A stretch of DNA of 52,527 nucleotides. Origin: Hydrurus foetidus (taxonomy: Eukaryota). Position 1 is the first letter of the stretch. The number at the start of each line of letters is the position of its first letter. The DNA is taken from positions 1 to 52,527 of the forward strand of contig UYFQ01000149.1 of NCBI GenBank assembly GCA_900617105.1. Direction: 5' to 3'. The translations under genes and the position numbers were made by a program. Below are positions 48,501 through 52,527 of the stretch, piece by piece. The notes below the pieces were generated by a model, which was not told where the DNA came from, did not search any database, and worked only from the letters and a program-made list of their open reading frames with translations.

Positions 48501-51500
48501 CTGCAGTCTAGTGACATCTACATCTACTGTGACATCTACATGACATCTACAGTGACATCTACAGTGACATCTACAGTGACATCTACAATGACATCTACAG
48601 TGACATCTACTGTGACATCTACAGTGACATCTACAGTGACATCTACTGTGACATCTACTGTGACATCTATTATTTCTATTATATCTACAGTACACTACAG
48701 TGATATCTACTTGACATCTACAGTGACATCTACAGTGACATCTACAGTGACATCTACAGTGACATCTACAGTGACATCTACAGTGACATATACAGTGTCA
48801 TCTGCAGTCTAGTGACATCTACATCTACTGTGACATCTACTGTGACATCTACTGTGATCTACTCTGACATATACATCTACAGTGACATCTACTGTGACAT
48901 CTAAATCTACAGTGACATCTACTGTGACATCTAAATCTACAGTGTATTACTCCACTGTATGACATCTAACTACTGTGACATCTACTGTGACATCTACAGT
49001 GACATCTACAGTGACATCTACAGTGACATCTACAGTACACTTACAGTGACATCTACTGTGACATCTACAGTGACATCTACTGTGACATCTACAGTGACAT
49101 CTACAGTGACATCTACAGTGACATCTACAGTGACATCTACAGTGACATCTACTGTGACATCTACATTGACATCTACATCAACAGTGACATCTACATTATC
49201 AGCTACTGTGACATCTACTGTGACATTCATATTTGACATCTACAGTACATCTACAGTGACATCTATATTGGCATCTACAGTGACATCTACAGTGACATCT
49301 ACAGTGATATGAGCCGTGATATCTACAGTGACTTCTACAGTGACATATACAGTGTCATCTGCAGTCTAGTGACATCTACATCTACTGTGACATCTTCAGT
49401 AACATCTTCTGTGATCTACTCTGACATATAAATCTACAGTGACATCTACTGTAACATCTACAGTGATATCTACTGTGACATCTAAATCTACAGTGACATC
49501 TACAGTGATATCTACAGTGACATCTACATTATCATCTACAGTGACATCTACAGTACCACTTACAGTGACATCTACTGTGACATCTTTAGTGACATCTCCT
49601 GTGATCTACTCTGACCTCTAAATCCACAGTGACATCTACTGTGACATCTAAATCTACAGTGACATCTACAGTGACATCTACAGTGATATCTACAGTGACA
49701 TCTACAGTGACATCTACAGTGATATCAACGGTGATATCTACTTTGACTTCTACAGTGACATCTACATCAACAGGGACATCTACATTATCAGCTACTGTGA
49801 CATCTACTGTGACATCTACATTTCTACATCTACAGTACATCTACAGTGACATCTACATTTGGCATCTACAGTGACATCTACAGTGACATCTACAGTGATA
49901 TCTACTGTGACATCTACAGTGACATCTACAGTGACATCTACAGTGACATCTACAGTGACATCTACATCTACTGTGACATCTACTGTGACATCTACGGTGA
50001 TCTACAGTGACATCTACATCTACAGTGACATCTACTGTGACATCTACATTGACATCTACTGTGACATCTACATTACATCTACATTGACATCTACAGTGAC
50101 ATCTAAATCTACATTGACATCTACATTGACATCTACATCTACAGTGACATCTACAGTGACATCTACAGTGACATCTACATGACATCTACTGTACTTACCT
50201 ACATTCTACAGTGATACTTTGACTTCTACATTGACATCTACTGTGACATCTACAGTGACATCTACTGTGACATCTACAGTGACATCTACAGTGACATCTA
50301 CAGTGACATCTACAGTGACATCTACCGTGATATCTACAGTGACTTCTACAGTGACATTTACAGTGTCATCTGTAGTCTAGTGACATCTACATCTACTATG
50401 ACATCTTCAGTAACATCTTCTGTGATCTACTCTGACTTCTAAATCTACAGTGACATCTACTGTGACATCTAAATCTACAGTGACATCTACTGTGACATCT
50501 ACAGTGACATCTACAGTGACATCTACAGTGACATCTACATTGACATCTACAGTGACATCTACAGTGACATCTACAGTGATATGAGCCGTGATATCTACAG
50601 TGACTTCTACAGTGACATATACAGTGTCATCTACAGTCTAGTGACATCTACATCTACTGTGACATCTTCAGTAACATCTTCTGTGATCTACTATGACTTC
50701 TAAATCTACAGTGACATCTACTGTGACATCTAAATCTACAGTGACATCTACTGTGACATCTAAATCTACAGTGACATTTACAGTGACATCTACAGTCTAG
50801 TGACATCTACATCTACTATGACATCTTCAGTAACATCTTCTGTGATCTACTCTGACTTCTAAATCTACAGTGACATCTACTGTGACATCTAAATCTACAG
50901 TGACATCTACAGTGACATCTACAGTGACATCTACAGTGACATCTACAGTGACATCTACAGTGACATCTACAGTGACATCTACAGTGACATCTACTGTGAC
51001 ATCTACAGTGACATCTCCTGTGATCTACTCTGACCTCTTAATCTACAGTGACATCTACAGTGACATCTACAGTGACATCTACTGTGACATCTACATTGAC
51101 ATCTACATCAACAGTGACATCTACATTATCAGCTACTGTGACATCTACTGTGACATCTACATTTCTACATCTACAGTACCACTTACAGTGATATCTACAT
51201 TGGCATCTACAGTGACATCTACAGTGACATCTACAGTGATATCTACAGTGACATCTACAGTGACATCTACAGTGACATATACAGTGTCATCTACAGTCTA
51301 GTGACATCTACATCTACTGTGACATCTTCAGTAACATCTTCTGTGATCTACTCTGACTTCTAAATCTACAGTGACATCTACTGTGACATCTACAGTGACA
51401 TCTACAGTGACATCTACAGTGACATCTACAGTGACATCTACAGTGACATCTACAGTGACATCTACATTGACATTTACATCTACAGTGACATCTACTGTGA

Positions 51501-52527
51501 CATCTACTGTGACATCTACAGTGACATCTACTGTGACATCTAAATCTACAGTGACATCTACTGTGACATCTAAATCTACAGTGACATTTACAGTGTCATC
51601 TACAGTCTAGTGACATCTACATCTACTATGACATCTTCAGTAACATCTCTTCTGTGATCTACTCTGACTTCTAAATCTACAGTGACATCTACTGTGACAT
51701 CTAAATCTACAGTGACATCTACAGTGACATCTACAGTGACATCTACAGTGACATCTACAGTGACATCTACAGTGACATCTACAGTGACATCTACAGTGAC
51801 ATCTACAGTGACATCTACTGTGACATCTACTGTGACTTCTACTGACATCTACAGTGACATCTACAGTGACATCTACTGTGACATCTACTGTGACATCTAC
51901 AGTGACATCTACATCAACAGTGACATCTACATGACATCTACAGTGACATCTACAGTGACATCTACATTTCTACATCTACAGTGACACTACAGTGACATCT
52001 ACATTGACATCTACAGTGACATCTACAGTGACATCTACAGTGATATCTACTGTGACATCTACAGTGACATCTACAGTGACATCTACAGTGTCATCTGCAG
52101 TCTAGTGACATCTACATCTACTGAGACATCTTCAGTAACATCTTCTGTGATCTACTCTGACTTCTAAATCTACAGTGATATCTACTGTGACATCTACATC
52201 TACAGTGACATCTACTGTGACATCTACAGTGACATCTACAGTGACATCTACAGTGACATCTACATTGACATTTACATCTACAGTGACATCTACTTTGACA
52301 TCTACTGTGACATCTACAGTGACATCTACTGTAACATCTACATCCACAGTGATTTCTACTTTGACTTCTACATTTCTACATCTACAGTACCACTTACAGT
52401 GAGATCTACAGTGACATCTACAGTGACATCTACAGTGACATCTACAGTGACATCTACTGTGACATCTACTGTGACATCTACTGTGACATCTACAGTGACA
52501 TCTACAGTGACATCTACAGTGACATCT
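42536..52527 (-). repeat. Inverted 12-bp satellite array (A/T)GTGACATCTAC, diverged, with higher-order blocks; runs to the window end
   Basis: Reverse complement of the left unit. Recurrent landmark variants include GTCTAGTGA, CTTCAGTAACATCTTCTGTGATCTACTCTGACTTCTAAATC, GTACCACTTAC, GATATGAGCCGTG and ATTATCAGCTAC. Confidence 0.99.

Noticed and set aside
29246..52527. 12-bp repeat as a telomerase-type telomeric repeat
   Set aside because: It has no G-tract and is not TTAGGG/TTTAGGG-like. The arrays are internal and the right one carries higher-order variants; a telomeric origin is unsupported, though not strictly excluded.

Overview
This is a repeat- and transposon-dense eukaryotic window with no intact host gene; it is probably from a protist, possibly a stramenopile (inferred from a spliceosomal intron and a CoDi-like Copia). 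Positions 1-4981 hold about 5.5 copies of an ~896-bp tandem unit with a structured GC-rich core. Positions ~5174-22285 look like a decayed Helitron2/Helentron-like element, with 11-bp asymmetric terminal inverted repeats, a 3' hairpin and an OTU-protease/Pif1-helicase-C-terminus ORF. It is visible only after removing two nested insertions: a complete chromodomain Gypsy element (5854-12611, ATAT target duplication) and a pogo-type DD35D transposon (18241-22255, 29-bp TIRs, TA duplication). It also carries a 1.34-kb duplication, 143-bp fold-back repeats and a tRNA-derived SINE-like head. Next come a related MITE (22289-22798) and a Copia element with apparently identical LTRs (22799-28297). From 29246 to the end is a 12-bp satellite, GTAGATGTCAC(T/A), in two oppositely oriented arrays around a ~335-bp unique spacer: a homogeneous 13-kb left array and a diverged right array with higher-order structure. 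All calls come from reading motifs by eye; no searches were run.
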